Shown in pieces: positions 12,828 to 24,963 of a DNA stretch of 64,000 bases. The notes under the pieces are model-generated. The model was given only the letters and a program-made list of their open reading frames with translations. It was not told the origin of the DNA and did not search any database. The stretch is taken from positions 26,536,001 to 26,600,000 of the forward strand of contig NC_043020.1 of assembly GCF_006345805.1 (NCBI RefSeq), written 5' to 3'. The translations under genes were made by a program, and so were the position numbers. Origin of the DNA: Octopus sinensis (taxonomy: Eukaryota). Numbering within the stretch: position 1 is the first letter of the stretch; each line of letters opens with the position of its first letter.

Positions 12828-13035
12828 ATCCAAACATGAAAACACAAAGAGAAAACACAACAATGCGAGGACGTGGAACAAATATAGTATCATTGGACAC
12901 TGAGGAAAGAAGGGAAGAAGGAGGGTTTAACGTTACAAGTGGAGCTCTTCGTCAGAAACATAGGAGAAGGAAAGATCCAGAGAAGGGAAGACAGAGGAAA
13001 AAAATCCCCAACGGTACACATGCGGTCACATTTTG
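12823..13035 (-). mobile_element. ~213-bp hammerhead-bearing Penelope-like/retrozyme-like element inserted in (TA)n
   Basis: Flanked by (TA)n on both sides; second copy at 53251-53415 has the same end AGTTAATCCAAACA; contains HHR motif. Confidence 0.7.
12925..12959 (-). ncRNA. Minimal hammerhead ribozyme motif, degenerate (GAAA->GUAA)
   Basis: Minus strand GUUU-CUGACGA-A-GAG(CUCCA)CUU-GUAA-CG-UU-AAAC. Confidence 0.65.
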
Positions 13036-13048
13036 ATATATATATATA

Positions 13049-13096
<48 letters not shown>

Positions 13097-13635
13097 CAGG
13101 CTTCTTTCAGTTTCCATCTACCAAATCCACTGACAAGGCTTTGGTTGGCCCGAGGTTATAGTAGAAGGTGCCATGCAGTGGGAATGAACTTGGAACCATG
13201 TGGTTGGTAAGCAAGCTATTTACCACACAGTCACTCCTGCGCCTATACATATAGTTTACTTCTCCATTAAAGTAAGGTCAAGAAAAAGAGTACTCCATCT
13301 GGTGGGAGAAATAAATATTATTTAATACACACAGTTTTTAGGAATAGCCCCCAATAGTTTCATATACTGAAGATTATCTAAGTAGGTTTTGGGACACCCC
13401 TAGTGTCTTCAAGCAATGTTCAGGCTCTACACCCACGGTCCATAATGGGAAACAGCTTTTGTTTTGGATGTGTTGAACTAAAAATTTGTCTCGTGTTCTA
13501 GTTATGTAATTTTTGTCAATATTATTGTTTCATAGTTTTGTTATTGCTGAGAGCTCGTGAAAATGAGACCCCCAAAAAACTTTTAATATAAATATGATGT
13601 AACGTGTGTGTGTATATATTTATGTTTATATATAT

Positions 13636-13810
13636 AAAAAAGCACCCACTACACTCATGGAGTGGTTGGCGTTAGGAAAGGCATCCAGCTGTAGAAACAC
13701 TGCCAGATCTGACTGGGCCTGATGAAGCCTTCCAGCTTCACAGACCCCAGTTGAACCGTCCAACCCATGCTAGCATGGAAAACGGACGCTAAATGATGAT
13801 GATGATGATG
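13636..13810 (+). mobile_element. SINE family C, 3' part
   Basis: AGCACCCACTACACTC...GGCGTTAGGAA...(GAT)n tail. Confidence 0.85.
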
Positions 13811-13884
13811 ATATATACATACATATACACACATATAGTTATACATACATATATATATATATATACATACACATATAGTTATAC

Positions 13885-13919
<35 letters not shown>

Positions 13920-14704
13920 TATAGTTATACATATATATATATATATACACACACACACATATAGATAGTTATACATATACATATATATATATATATATAT
14001 ATACATATATGTATGTGCACAAAATGATGAGTAATTTGTCATGTTTCCTAGTCTCTACGATGCTGACCATTATTGGTGTCATCGTCCTCTCTTTCCTCTT
14101 TGGTCTTAAGTGCCAACAGTCAAAGACTTAATGCTTTCTCCAGTTTACCGAAAAAATTATCTGACTCAATGAAATGACAAAATTTTCGCTGCTACTTATC
14201 AAAGTCTGATGTCTCAGCCATTTTCTGATTGCTGGTGATGCAGACCCATCCATATATATAGAAGCAAATTCAAAGAGCAACAAACCATACCCAGAGGACA
14301 TTCATAGTTGATGATGGTTTCAAATTTTGGCACAAGGCCAGCAAGTTTGGATGGGGACAGAGTAAGTTGATTGGATCGACCCTGAAACGATTAAAGGTAA
14401 AGGTAAAATAAGAAAAATGACATTTAAACCACAGATTTATGAGGCACTGAATGTATGTTGGACCACTTCTGTTCTGTATGAATTTCAGTGTAATTGTGAA
14501 AATCGTAAACTTCACGACTGTAACTGTTACACTGGATAAACAAATACAGCACTTACATGACCTTGCCTTTACAGCAAGAAGTTATTGCTGTATATAAACT
14601 GGAAAATGAAACAAAATCATATTGATAGATACATTAGTTTATAGCACTACCATTCCATAGAGATTCCTCAGGGAAAAAAATAAAGCTTACCTTTAGCTGA
14701 ATTA

Positions 14705-15451
14705 TAAATCCTTTTGAAATCATCTCATTTGAAATTGCTCCTAGTTAAGTGATAGAAATTCCACATTTTAAAGTGATTTAAACTAAGATCTTCCATTGAA
14801 ATTCTATGTTGGTCTGTATTCTAAACAGCAACGAAATAACAACAAAGAATTAACTAAATTCTTCATTATTTTCGAAGTTAATTGGAACAAAGGCTGTGTA
14901 TTTCAACAGAAATGTGTTAACAAAAGGGTTACCAGAGAAATACAAACCAAAAATCATATCTAAACATAGCACGAGTGGAATAATGAAAGGTTAACGTATT
15001 TGTTGCCAATATTTCTCTTGAAATACACTTTACCTTTGTTTCAGTTTATTTTGAAAAATAACGAAGAATTTAGTAAAATTACTTTCTCATTATTAATCTT
15101 GTATTTGGAACATAAAATAACACGATATTTTGATGGAAGATTTTAACCCTTTTGTTGCTAAATTTTCGTTGGAATACACTTCATTATTTTCAAAACTATT
15201 CTGAAACAAAGGAAGAATTTAGCAAAATAACTTCATCGTTATTAAGCTGTTGTTTGGGAGATAAATTAACTTGAGGTTTTGATGGGAAGTTTTAATTTAA
15301 GTCTCTTTAAAACAGGAAGTTTATAGCATAAGAGCAAGGGTGATCTCAAGCAGATTGGTATCAAAAGGGTTGATTTAGAAAATTTTAAAGAACAAAAATT
15401 GTATCATACAACCGTGGGTGGTCTCAAGCGGATTGATATTAAAAACGTTAA
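14705..15451. mobile_element. Cluster of three piggyBac-like MITEs (one inverted, one nested in another)
   Basis: TTAA-bounded ends TTAACCCTTT / AAAGGGTT; outer copy 14991-15451 interrupted at TTAA 15143 by inner copy ending ~15373; reverse copy ending ~14932. Confidence 0.6.
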
Positions 15452-15612
15452 CCATTTTAAAATCTGGCTGTAATGAATTTTTCAGTCACAAATTCCTTTT
15501 TCTGATCCATCAAAGCTATGAAGTCTGATCAAAAAGGACCTGGATTGGTGCTATAAAGAGTAAACCACAACACACATCAATTTGGCATTTAATTTCCTTC
15601 AAAGGAGTCCCC

Positions 15613-16110
15613 TCATCATCATCATCATTGTTCGACCATGGTCGAGACAATGGAATTTACCATGCTATGCCAGACTTCACAGTCCATCATGGCATTACAT
15701 AGGTCCTGTTGCTGGATGCCTGTATCCCTGGAGATTACATCAGGGTAGGAGAGTGTGCGCCCTCTGGTATTGCGAGTAGATGGCTTCCAGAGGAGAAGAG
15801 TAAAAATTGCCTCGTTTTCAGCTCTACAACAATGTCCAGCAAACTGGTCTCTCCTACCTTTCAGAAGAGATGACACAGGTGGTAGTTTCCCATATATTTG
15901 CATTTTGGTTGGATGACACTTCCACGAGAGATTTTGAGCTCTCATAAGGAGGCGAGTGTAGTTCCATCCAACTGCCTCTCAAGCTTCTTTGATAACGTCC
16001 AGGTTTCTGAGCCATGTAGTAGAATTGGTTCGACTGTGGCTTTGAAGATTTCAAGTTTGAAATCTCTACTTAGATTTGATGACCAAATCTTATGCATGTC
16101 CCCTTTTGAA
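15613..16110 (-). mobile_element. RTE-clade LINE 3' fragment, frameshifted
   Basis: Minus-strand peptides IFKATVEPILLHGSETWTL and LPPVSSLLKGRRDQFAGHCCR...RGRTLSYPDVI..DTG..AMMD.EVW; (GAT)n tail at 15613. Confidence 0.85.
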
Positions 16111-16218
16111 GCTACACATTTTATTCAGCATTATTGCCATTGATGGAAGAATACTTGGAACTCTTGTTTTGGGATTGCCTCATCACATTTTCTTGGATTT
16201 CTTTGACATCTTGAAATC

Positions 16219-16611
16219 TTGTAGTAAAGATTGTTTGCTAGCATAACATGGCAATCCCGGTCTAGGATGAATGTTGCTGTAATTTAGCCCAGGGAGACAT
16301 CGTCTCCAGCTGGCTATACAACATGATCTGTGTCCATACATTTTTGAGTGCCGGTGGCATGTAAAAGCACCCACTACACTCTCGGAGTGGTTGGCGTTAG
16401 GAAGGGCATCCAGCTGTAGAAACTCTGCCAGATCAGATTGGAGTCTGGTTCACCAGACCTCAGTCAAATCGTCCAACCCATGCTAGTATGGAAAGCGGAC
16501 GTTAAATGATGATGATGATGATGATGATGTCTCCTGGGGGCTAAATTACAGCAACATTCATCCTAAACCAGGACTACCATGTTATGTTGGCAAAAAAAAT
16601 CTTTACTACAA
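16219..16611. repeat. Inverted repeat, ~83-bp arms (16219-16301 / 16526-16611), enclosing a family-C SINE
   Basis: TTGTAGTAAAGATT...GGATGAATGTTGCTGTAATTTAGCCC..GGAGACATC is reverse-complemented at 16526-16611. Confidence 0.85.
16347..16528 (+). mobile_element. SINE family C, 3' part
   Basis: GTGCCGGTGGCATGTAAAAGCACCCAC...GGAAAGCGGACGTTAAA(TGA)n. Confidence 0.85.
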
Positions 16612-16686
16612 AGTACTATTGCTGAATATCTCTTGTTGCGAGATTTAAGAATAGTAATTTTCTAATCTTGAAATATTGTGAGGTCT

Positions 16687-17018
16687 AAGCCTTTGTTTTG
16701 GGGTCATAGCCATAGACCCATGATTCGTCTCCTGTTATGACTGTTTCCCAAACGTTTTTGTCTCCCTTAAAACAATCAAAGAGATCCTGCACGGCTGAAG
16801 CCCAATCTTCTTTTCGAGATGACCACACTCTACATACTTCACGGCCAAGCACTGTTATAAACAACAGAAGCAAGAGAGAACATTATAACTTGGTGAGCAT
16901 GTGCGACAGAGTTCAAGGTCAGAGTTCAAGGTCAGTCTGGACCAAACAGCTTCACCCTGTGCACTTCAGCTCTGTTGCTACATCAAGAGTCCTGAAACTA
17001 AATGGTCAGACCTTTTAT
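16687..17018 (-). mobile_element. Mariner transposon remnant (TIR plus internally deleted transposase fragment)
   Basis: Minus ORF 16685-16873 has VITGDESWVYGYDPKTK (first catalytic Asp motif of mariner transposases); TIR-like TA-TAAAAGGTCTGACCATTTAGTTTCAGGACT at ~17018-16988. Confidence 0.85.
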
Positions 17019-17025
17019 AATCAAA

Positions 17026-17406
17026 CTAGCAGTATCGCATGGCGTTGCTCAGGTTTGTAAGGGAAATAAGCATTTTTAGAGAGTTATAGCCAAAAAATAG
17101 CAAAAAAATGGAAAAAAATGATGGTAAATTTTTTTTTTAGTTAAAAAAGGTGGAGTTGCGTCCCCTAGACAGTTTGTGGTTTGTGTTTCTGATTCTCGAC
17201 CCCATGTCGAATTTATCGATTTTTTTCAGATCTGGGGGAACTTTTCAAAATTTCCGCTGCATTAGTTTTGAATTATGACATTGGGCTATGTGTGTGTCAA
17301 GTTTCATCAGAATCGGTTGAAAGCCGTGGTCAGGGTGAGGGTACAAGCAAACAGACACACAGAAACACACACAGACAAACTGCCGTTTATATATAGAGAG
17401 AAGAGA
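17026..17406 (-). mobile_element. Non-autonomous Helitron, full length
   Basis: Minus strand starts TC after an A, ends GAGCAACGCCATGCGATACTG-CTAG before a T (canonical Helitron termini and A|T target); copy at 7421-7769. Confidence 0.85.
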
Positions 17407-17673
17407 TATGGTTACACCATGCCCAACTATTATTACATCAATTTGAAGATGAGTCCAGGAAGGTCTTGAAATGCTAAAGAACTCCAGGAACTTTGTTCCA
17501 AAACTAAACAAGAAAAACCAATAAGGAAATATATTCTAAAAAAAACCCCCAAAAACCCCCAAAAAAACCACCTGAATAAAAAAGTTTTAACTTGAACATA
17601 ATTGTGTCTTCTCTGTATAACTTATTTGAAAGGAAAACCTTTACTTATATATACATACCAGTGTCTGTGTCTG

Positions 17674-17706
<33 letters not shown>

Positions 17707-17707
<1 letters not shown>

Positions 17708-17813
17708 CACCTTGGGCAAGTGTCTTCTAATATAGCCTCAGGCTGACCAAAGCCTTGTGAGTGGATTTGGTAGACAGAAACTGAAAGAAGCCCGTCGTAT
17801 ATATATATGTATG

Positions 17814-17848
<35 letters not shown>

Positions 17849-18035
17849 GTGTGTGTGTGTATGTTTGTGTGTCTGTGTTTGTCCCCTCCCATTGCTTGAC
17901 AACCGATGTTGGTGTGTTTACGTCCACTGTAACTCAGCTGAGGAGACCGATAGAATAAGTACTAGGCTTACAAAGAATAAGTCCTGAGGTCAATTTGTTT
18001 TGACTAAAGGTGGTGCTCCAGCATGGCCACAGTCT
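17707..18035 (+). mobile_element. SINE family A, 5'-truncated
   Basis: CACCTTGGGCAAGTGTCTT...GGCCACAGTC. Confidence 0.85.
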
Positions 18036-18090
18036 ATGATTTTAGCAAATGGTATTATATACCCTAGTAAGTCTATATCTATCTATATAC

Positions 18091-18505
18091 TCTTTTACTC
18101 TCTTTACTCTTTTACTTCTTTCAGTCAATTGTCTGTGGCCATAATGGAGCACTGCCTTTAGTCGAGCACATCGACCCCAGGACTTATTCTTTGTAAGCCG
18201 ACTACTTATTCTATCGGTCCCTTTTGCCAAACCACTAAGTTACAGGAACGTAAACACACCAGCATCGGTTGTCAAGTGATGTTGGGGGGGACAAACACAG
18301 ACACACAAACATATATACACACACACATACATATATACTTACAACGGGCTTCTTTCAGTTTCTGTCTACCAAATCCACTAACAAGGCTTTGGTTGGCCTG
18401 AGGCTATAGTAGGAGACACTTGCCCAAGGTGCCATGCAGTGGGACTGAACCCGGAACCATGTAGTTCTTAAGCAAGCTACTTACCACACAGCCACTCTTA
18501 TGCCT
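18091..18505 (-). mobile_element. SINE family A, full length
   Basis: Family consensus on minus strand; tail-to-tail with 17707-18035. Confidence 0.88.
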
Positions 18506-18907
18506 GTACCGCATTGACTGGCCTCCGTGCTGTGGGCACGTAACAAACACCATCTGATCGTAGCCGTTCGCCAGCCTCGTCTGGCACCTGTGTGGTGGCA
18601 CATAATAAAACACCGAAAACACCATCCGAGCGTGGCCGTCTGCCAGCCTCGTCTGGCACCTGTATCGGTGGCACATAAAAAACACCATCCGAGCGTGACC
18701 GTCTGCCAGCCTTGTCTGGCACCTGTGTCGGTGGCACATAAAATCACCCACTACACTCTCGGAGTGGTTGGCGTTAGGAAGGGCATCCAGCTGTAGAAAC
18801 ACTGCCAGATCTGACTGGCCTGGTGCAGCCTTCGGGCTTGCCAGACCCCAGTTGAACCGTCCAACCCATGCTAGCATGGAAAGCGGACGTTAAACAATGA
18901 TGATGAT
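18505..18907 (+). mobile_element. SINE family C with internal ~60-bp tandem units
   Basis: CACCATCCGAGCGT..CCGTCTGCCAGCCT.GTCTGGCACCTGT..CGGTGGCACATAA repeated about three times, then family tail. Confidence 0.85.
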
Positions 18908-20375
18908 ACAAAAACTGTAATTATAATGAGATAGAACATGGAAACCTGTTGATCCTCAAAATTTATTTCTTCTTTACAATTTCATGTAGCAGCCTATTTT
19001 TATGGTTGTTACAGCCTTAAATACTAACTGCTGTGGTTAGCTGTAACCTGAAACATAACTGAGAGCCACTGCAATATCCGCCCAGATAATATATCCCTCT
19101 AAACTTATATAGTAGAGCTTGGCAGAATCCTCTGGTTTGCAAACGCTTGTAAAGCTGTCCAAATCGTGCCAGCATAGGAAACAAACATTAAATAATGATG
19201 ATGATGATAATGATATAGATATTTGCTGCAAGGTGTGATGCACAAACAAAAATTAGGGTTTGGTTGTATATTCCACATTCCACTCCTCTATCCAGTGTTG
19301 ATATATGCAGGGCATCAAATTACCAAATAAGCAAATTTGCAGAATAAAAACCATATAATAGTATGACTAATGCACAAAAAAGCACATTTGGTGTTTCAAC
19401 CTTTAGAAAGTATACATGTGTTTCAGTAAACTGACTGACAAGATTACGCAATTGTTTGGTGAAATTACATAATCTCGCTGCACTTCATCAGTATTTGACA
19501 AAAAAGGAAAGAAGCAGGGTGTCATCTACTATAGCCCCAGGTCAACTAAAGCCTTTTGAGTGAATTTGATTGATGGAAACTGAAAGGAATCCATTGAGTA
19601 TGTGTATATGGATATTTGTTTTGTGTTTCCTTGTCTTGGATTCATCTGATAGTTGTAAATGACTATCATCACTGTTATACAAGCAATATGATTCACTTCC
19701 ACATTTCCACGAAAACATCTAGTCATAGGGTAGTAATATGTTACTAGGAAACAAGTGAGAGTTAACAACAGGAAAGGCATCCCAGCTGTAGAAAATCTAA
19801 TCCATGCAAGCATAGATAAGTGGAATTTAAAACAATGATGAAGATAAACATACATACATACATACAAACCTGATATGTGTCCTTCAATGTTTCAATAAAC
19901 AGGATGTGAGCTGGCTGCTATTTCTAACAGTATTCATAAATATCTTTGATTTTTTACTAGTTTCAATCATTAGACCGTGACCATGCTGGGGCACTGCCTT
20001 GGAGAACTTTTAGTCGAGTGAATCAACCCCTGTACTTAATTTTTGTTTCAAGATTCTTTTGCAGCACCAATAAATTGTGGGGATGTAAATAAACCAACAC
20101 CAATTGTTAAGCATCGATGGAGGATAAACACACATACACACACACATATGTATATACAACAGGCTTCTTTCAGTTTTGATCTACCAGATCCACCCATAAG
20201 GCTTTGGTCAGCCCGGAGCTATAGCAGAAGACAATTACCCAAGGTGCCATTGGGTGGGATTGAACCTGGAACCATCTTGTTATTGATAATGCACCAAGGC
20301 ACCATTTCTTGTATTGATACACACATCTTTAATTCATTGATAGATTCCTGATCTTTTAGATAAATCTTTAGAAAT

Positions 20376-20890
20376 GTGGTGTGTGTGTGTTGGTGGTGGT
20401 GTTGTTTAGCCCTTGGTTAGTCCTGACCCAAGGGATCAATGATCAAAGTCATTCTAGATATGACTAGCCTGATAATATTTCTGTTCTTTTTTGGTGGTTT
20501 TCAACGCAGTCTATCTAAGAGTACACGATCCAATGTCTTCCCCTCTTGTTTTTATGAAGGGCTTAGGTGAGATGTGACTGCTATTTTTAGCAAGCTGAAT
20601 GACTACAAAATGGATCCCCTCTCCCCTTTGTTCATTGTGTGTGTGTGTGTGTATGTGTTGGTGGTATTGTTTAGCCCTTGGTCAGTCTTGATATGACTAG
20701 CCTGTTAATATTTCTGTTCTTTTTTGGTGTTTTTGAATGCAGTCTATCTAAGAGTACACGATCCAATGTCTTCCTCGCTTATTTTTACGAAGGGCTTAGG
20801 TGAGATGTGACTGCTATTTTTAGCAAGCTGAATGACTACAAAATGGATCTCCCCTCCCCTTTGTCCATTATATGTGTGTGTGTATGTGTG
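20376..20890. repeat. Local tandem duplication, ~265 bp unit
   Basis: TTGTTTAGCCCTTGGT...GTCTATCTAAGAGTACACGATCCAATGTCTTCC...GACTACAAAATGGATC occurs twice, bounded by (TG)n. Confidence 0.9.
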
Positions 20891-21412
20891 TGTGTAAAAG
20901 TTCATTGCTGCTACCACTTCCATTTCTACTCTCACCACTACTATCCCCAGCATCATACCACTCTAACTACTACAACATGTACCATCACATACCAGCATCA
21001 TCAACCCTTCCATCATCACCACCACTGCTACCACTACAGCCAATACCACCACCACCACCACTACTACCACCACAAACACTACTGTTACCAGAACCATCAC
21101 CACTACCACCGCCATCACCAAAGCCACTCCTGCCCTTGTCATGACCACCCCTCCTCTAGTTGACATTTGTAAACTGAATGTCAACTTACATTCAAGTATC
21201 AACTCCCTACTTGATCCTTTGTCCCTCTACACACCCATGGAGCCACCCCTTTCCACCATCCAGCCTTCCTTCTGTGACCATCCCTCCCCACCTCTCTCTC
21301 CTCCCTGTATCCCTTCCCTCTTTCTAACATTTTGGTCAAAACAGGAATCTGTTGACTCATTCATGTGTGTGTGTGTATCTAGAGGTGTGTGTATAATCTA
21401 TGTATGTGAGGA

Positions 21413-21451
<39 letters not shown>

Positions 21452-21460
21452 TTATATATT

Positions 21461-21868
21461 CTTTTACTCTTTTACTTGTAACAGCCATTTGGCACTGTGG
21501 CCATGCTGGAGCACCGCCTTTAGTCGAGCAAATCGACTCCAGGACTTATTCTTTGGAAGCCTAGTATTATTCTATCGGTCTCTTTTGCCGAACTGCTAAG
21601 TTACAGGGATGTAAACACACCATCGGTTGTCAAGTGATGTTGGGGGGGACAAACACAGTCACACAAACACATACACACACATACATATACATACATATAT
21701 ATATACACACACACACATATATACGATGGGCTTCTTTCAGTTTCCGTCTACCAAATCCACTCACAAGTATTTGGTCGGCACGAGGCCATAGTAGAAGAGA
21801 CTTGCCTAAGGTGCCACGCAGTGGGACTGAACCCGGAACCATGTGGTTGATAAGCAAGCTACTTACCA
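21461..21868 (-). mobile_element. SINE family A
   Basis: Family consensus, minus strand. Confidence 0.88.
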
Positions 21869-21870
21869 CT

Positions 21871-22142
21871 AAAGTCTTGTGAGTAGATTTGGTAGACAGA
21901 AACTGAAAGAAGCCCATAGTATATATGTATATATATGTGTGTGTGTGTTTGTCCCCACAAAATCGCTTGACAACCGATACTGGTGTATTTATGTCCTGTA
22001 ACTTAGTGATTTGGCAAAAGAGCGATAGACTAAGTACTAGGCTTACAAAGAATAAGTCCTGGGGGTCGATTTGCTTGACTAAAGGCGGTGCTCCAGCATG
22101 GCCACAGTCAAATGGCTGAAACAAGTAAAAGAGTTAAAGAGT
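21871..22142 (+). mobile_element. SINE family A, 5'-truncated, head-to-head with 21461-21868
   Basis: AAAGTCTTGTGAGTAGATTTGG...GGCTGAAACAAGTAAAAGAG. Confidence 0.85.
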
Positions 22143-22156
22143 ATATACATCCAAAG

Positions 22157-22327
22157 CAGGAGTTCTCAACCATTTTCTATCTATGGACCTTCTTGAATTA
22201 TTTCATTCTGGTCGTATAAAGCAAAATTTTTTCAGGGGCCCTTAAAGTACTGTTGTGGATCTCCAATTTACTATATATTTTTGTAGAACCCCAAAAATCT
22301 TATATGGACCCTGGCTGAGTACAACTA
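22157..22327. mobile_element. Old hAT-like MITE
   Basis: Degenerate TIRs CAGGAGTTCTCAACC / GGCTGAGTACAACTA; subterminal ATGGACC repeats. Confidence 0.45.
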
Positions 22328-22745
22328 AGGTGGCGAGCTGGCAGAAACGTTAGCATGCCGGGCGAAATGCGTAGCCGTATTTCGTCTGCGGCTACATTCT
22401 GAGTTCAAATTCCACCGAGGTCGACTTTGCCTTTCACCCTTTCGGGGTCGATTAAATGAGTACCAGTTACGCACTGGGGTCGATATAATCGACTTAATCC
22501 GTTTGTCTGTCCTTGTTTGTCCTCTCTGTGTTTAGCCCCTTGTGGGTAATAAAGAAATAGTTATTTCGTCAGCCGCTACGTTCTGAGTTCAAATTCCACC
22601 AAGGTCGACTTTGCCTTTCATCCTTTCAGGGTTGATAAATTAAGTATCAGTTATGCACTGGGGTCGATATAATCGACTTAATCCGTTTGTCTGTCCTTGT
22701 TTGTCCTCTCTGTGTTTAGCCCCTTGTGGGTAGTAAAGAAATAGG
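22327..22745 (+). mobile_element. SINE family B, full copy plus headless tandem second unit
   Basis: Unit 1 22327-22560, unit 2 22561-22745 starting at TATTTCGTC. Confidence 0.9.
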
Positions 22746-23211
22746 TATAGCCGAAGGAATTACAAACAGTAACTTTCTCTCACCCTCTCTCTCTCTTTTC
22801 ATATGTCTATCTGTTTCTCACTCTCTTTCTCTCTCTCCTCTCTTTGTCTTTCTCTCTCTCTCTCTGTTTATCTCTGCATTTTTTTTTCCTGAGGGGTTTG
22901 TGGGGTGAGGCAGCTTTCTTTCTTATTTTTCCTTTTTTTTTTTTACATTTTATGCATAAAAATGCTTGAATAGTTCGAAATGTCCATTCCATCAAATCAA
23001 CATTATCCGTCTCTCATTTCCATCATCATCATCATCAGTAGCAGCATTACCATCGTCATTGTAACCATCCCCACCACCATAAACATCAGCATCATCATCA
23101 TCAACTCTGCTCTCCTCATCCTCCTCATCATCATCACTATTGTCATCGTCATCACAATCACCACTGTTCTCATGCTCCTCCTCCTCATCATCATCACCAT
23201 CATCATTATCA

Positions 23212-23242
<31 letters not shown>

Positions 23243-24168
23243 TGTCAACCACAATAACATGAAGGTTGGGGTGGGGAAGGAGAGGATCAGAAGCAGAAGG
23301 CCGGGGGGGGGTGGAAAGAAAGAAAGGAAGAAAGAGAAGATACAAAAAAAAAAACAAGAGAAAAGATGATGTTGGCATGGCAACCAGAGGGAGGAACTGA
23401 TGGTGAGAGGAAAGGGAGGAGGGGAAGTGGTGGTTGTGGGGGTGAGGGTGTTTGTTGGGGGGGATGGGAAACAGATGGTGTGGGTGGAGACCTTAAGCAA
23501 GTGCCTTTGATTTGTGTGTGTGTGTGAATGTTGTATGATGTGTGTGTGTGTGTGTATGTTATAATGTGTTTGGTGTGTATGGTATGTGTATGGAGCATTG
23601 TAGATGTGCGTGTGTGTATACAGTATGTGTCCCCCCAATGTGTATGTATGTTATGGTGTGTGTATGTATATATGTATGGTGTATGTATGATGTATATGTG
23701 TATAAGGTGTGTATGTGTGTGTATGTAAGATTATATATATATGTGTGTGTGTGTGTATAAGGTTTGTTGTGTGTGTGTATGGTATGTGTGTGTGTGTAAG
23801 ATGTGTATATATATATGTGTGTGTGTGTGTGTATAAGGTATGTTGCGTGTGCATATGGTATGTGTGTATGTAAGATGTATATGTATGTGTATATAAGGTA
23901 TGTATGTTGTGTGTATGTGTGCATGTATGGAATGTGTGTGTGTGTGTGTGTGTGTAACTATAGTAGGCCATACCAGTAATTATAACTGACATTTCCATGA
24001 CACATCAGTCTACTTGCGAAAATTGGTCCAGTGATGGGGGTAAAGCTGGTGGTGGTAATTAATGTTGTTTAACCCCAGGCCAATCCTGTTCTAACAGACC
24101 TAACATGATCAAAGGCATTCCAAATGTGACCATCCTCTGATAAAAGCTATATCTAAGACCACAATAGC

Positions 24169-24527
24169 TACTCTTTTACTCTATTACTTGTTTCAGTCAT
24201 TTGACTGTGGCCATGCTGGAGCACGGCCTTTAGTCGGGCAAATCGACCCCAGTACTTATTCTTTGTAAGCCTAGTACTTATTCTTTCGGTCTCTTTTGCC
24301 GAACTGTTAAGTTAGCGGGATGTAAACACACCAACATCAGTTGTCATATATATACACATATATACGATATGCTTCTTTCAGTTTCCGTCTACCGAATCCA
24401 CTCGCAAGGCTTTGGTCAGCCCGAGGCTATAGTAGAAGACATTTGCCCTAGATGCCACACAGTGGGACTGAACCCGGAACCATGTGGTTGGTAAGCAAGC
24501 TACTAACCACACAGCCACTCCTACGCC
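24169..24527 (-). mobile_element. SINE family A
   Basis: Family consensus, minus strand. Confidence 0.88.
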
Positions 24528-24753
24528 TTGTGCCTTTTTTTTTTAAATGGCTAAGTGGTTAAGAACCTTGCTTTACAACTGCCTGGCTTTGAGTTCAGTC
24601 CCACTCTGTGGCACTGTGGGTGTCTTCTACTAAAGCCCTTGGCCAACCAATACCTTGTGAGTGAATTTGGTTGACAGAACCTGTGCGGAAGCCTGTCTGA
24701 AGAAAGAAAATGTGATGACAACAGAATAGAAGATTATTTTATGAGCTTTATTA

Positions 24754-24827
24754 GCTTCCAACTGTTCCTGCTATAAAATGCAATGCACTCATAGTTGAGC
24801 ACCAACACCTTATTGCTTCATCAGAGC
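24754..24827 (-). ncRNA. Hammerhead motif, degenerate (long stem II)
   Basis: Minus strand GCU-CUGAUGA-AGC...GCA-GGAA-CAGUUG-GA-AGC; GAAA box and cleavage site mutated. Confidence 0.5.
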
Positions 24828-24884
24828 CTCAAATAAGAAAATAAAATGACAAGAGAATAAGAAATTATGTTGTGAATTTCATTA

Positions 24885-24963
24885 GCTTACAGTTGTTTCT
24901 GCTACAAGTTGCAATGTGCACATCGTTGAGCACTTGTGTATTACCCTATAGCATCTTCAGAGC
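24885..24963 (-). ncRNA. Type I hammerhead ribozyme motif with extended stem II, core intact
   Basis: Minus strand GCU-CUGAAGA-UGCUAUAG[~40 nt]UUGUAGCA-GAAA-CA(AC)UG-UA-AGC: stem I GCU/AGC, 8-bp stem II with G-U pairs, stem III ACA/UGU, GUA triplet. Confidence 0.72.

Noticed and set aside
18540-18745. CRISPR-like regularly spaced repeats
   Set aside because: Whole units are repeated with no unique spacers; internal to a eukaryotic SINE; no cas genes
22980-23378. Asp/Glu-rich or Ile-rich ORFs (also 9196-9645, 20807-21202, 32689-33324)
   Set aside because: (CAT)n/(CAC)n-derived low-complexity tracts common throughout the window
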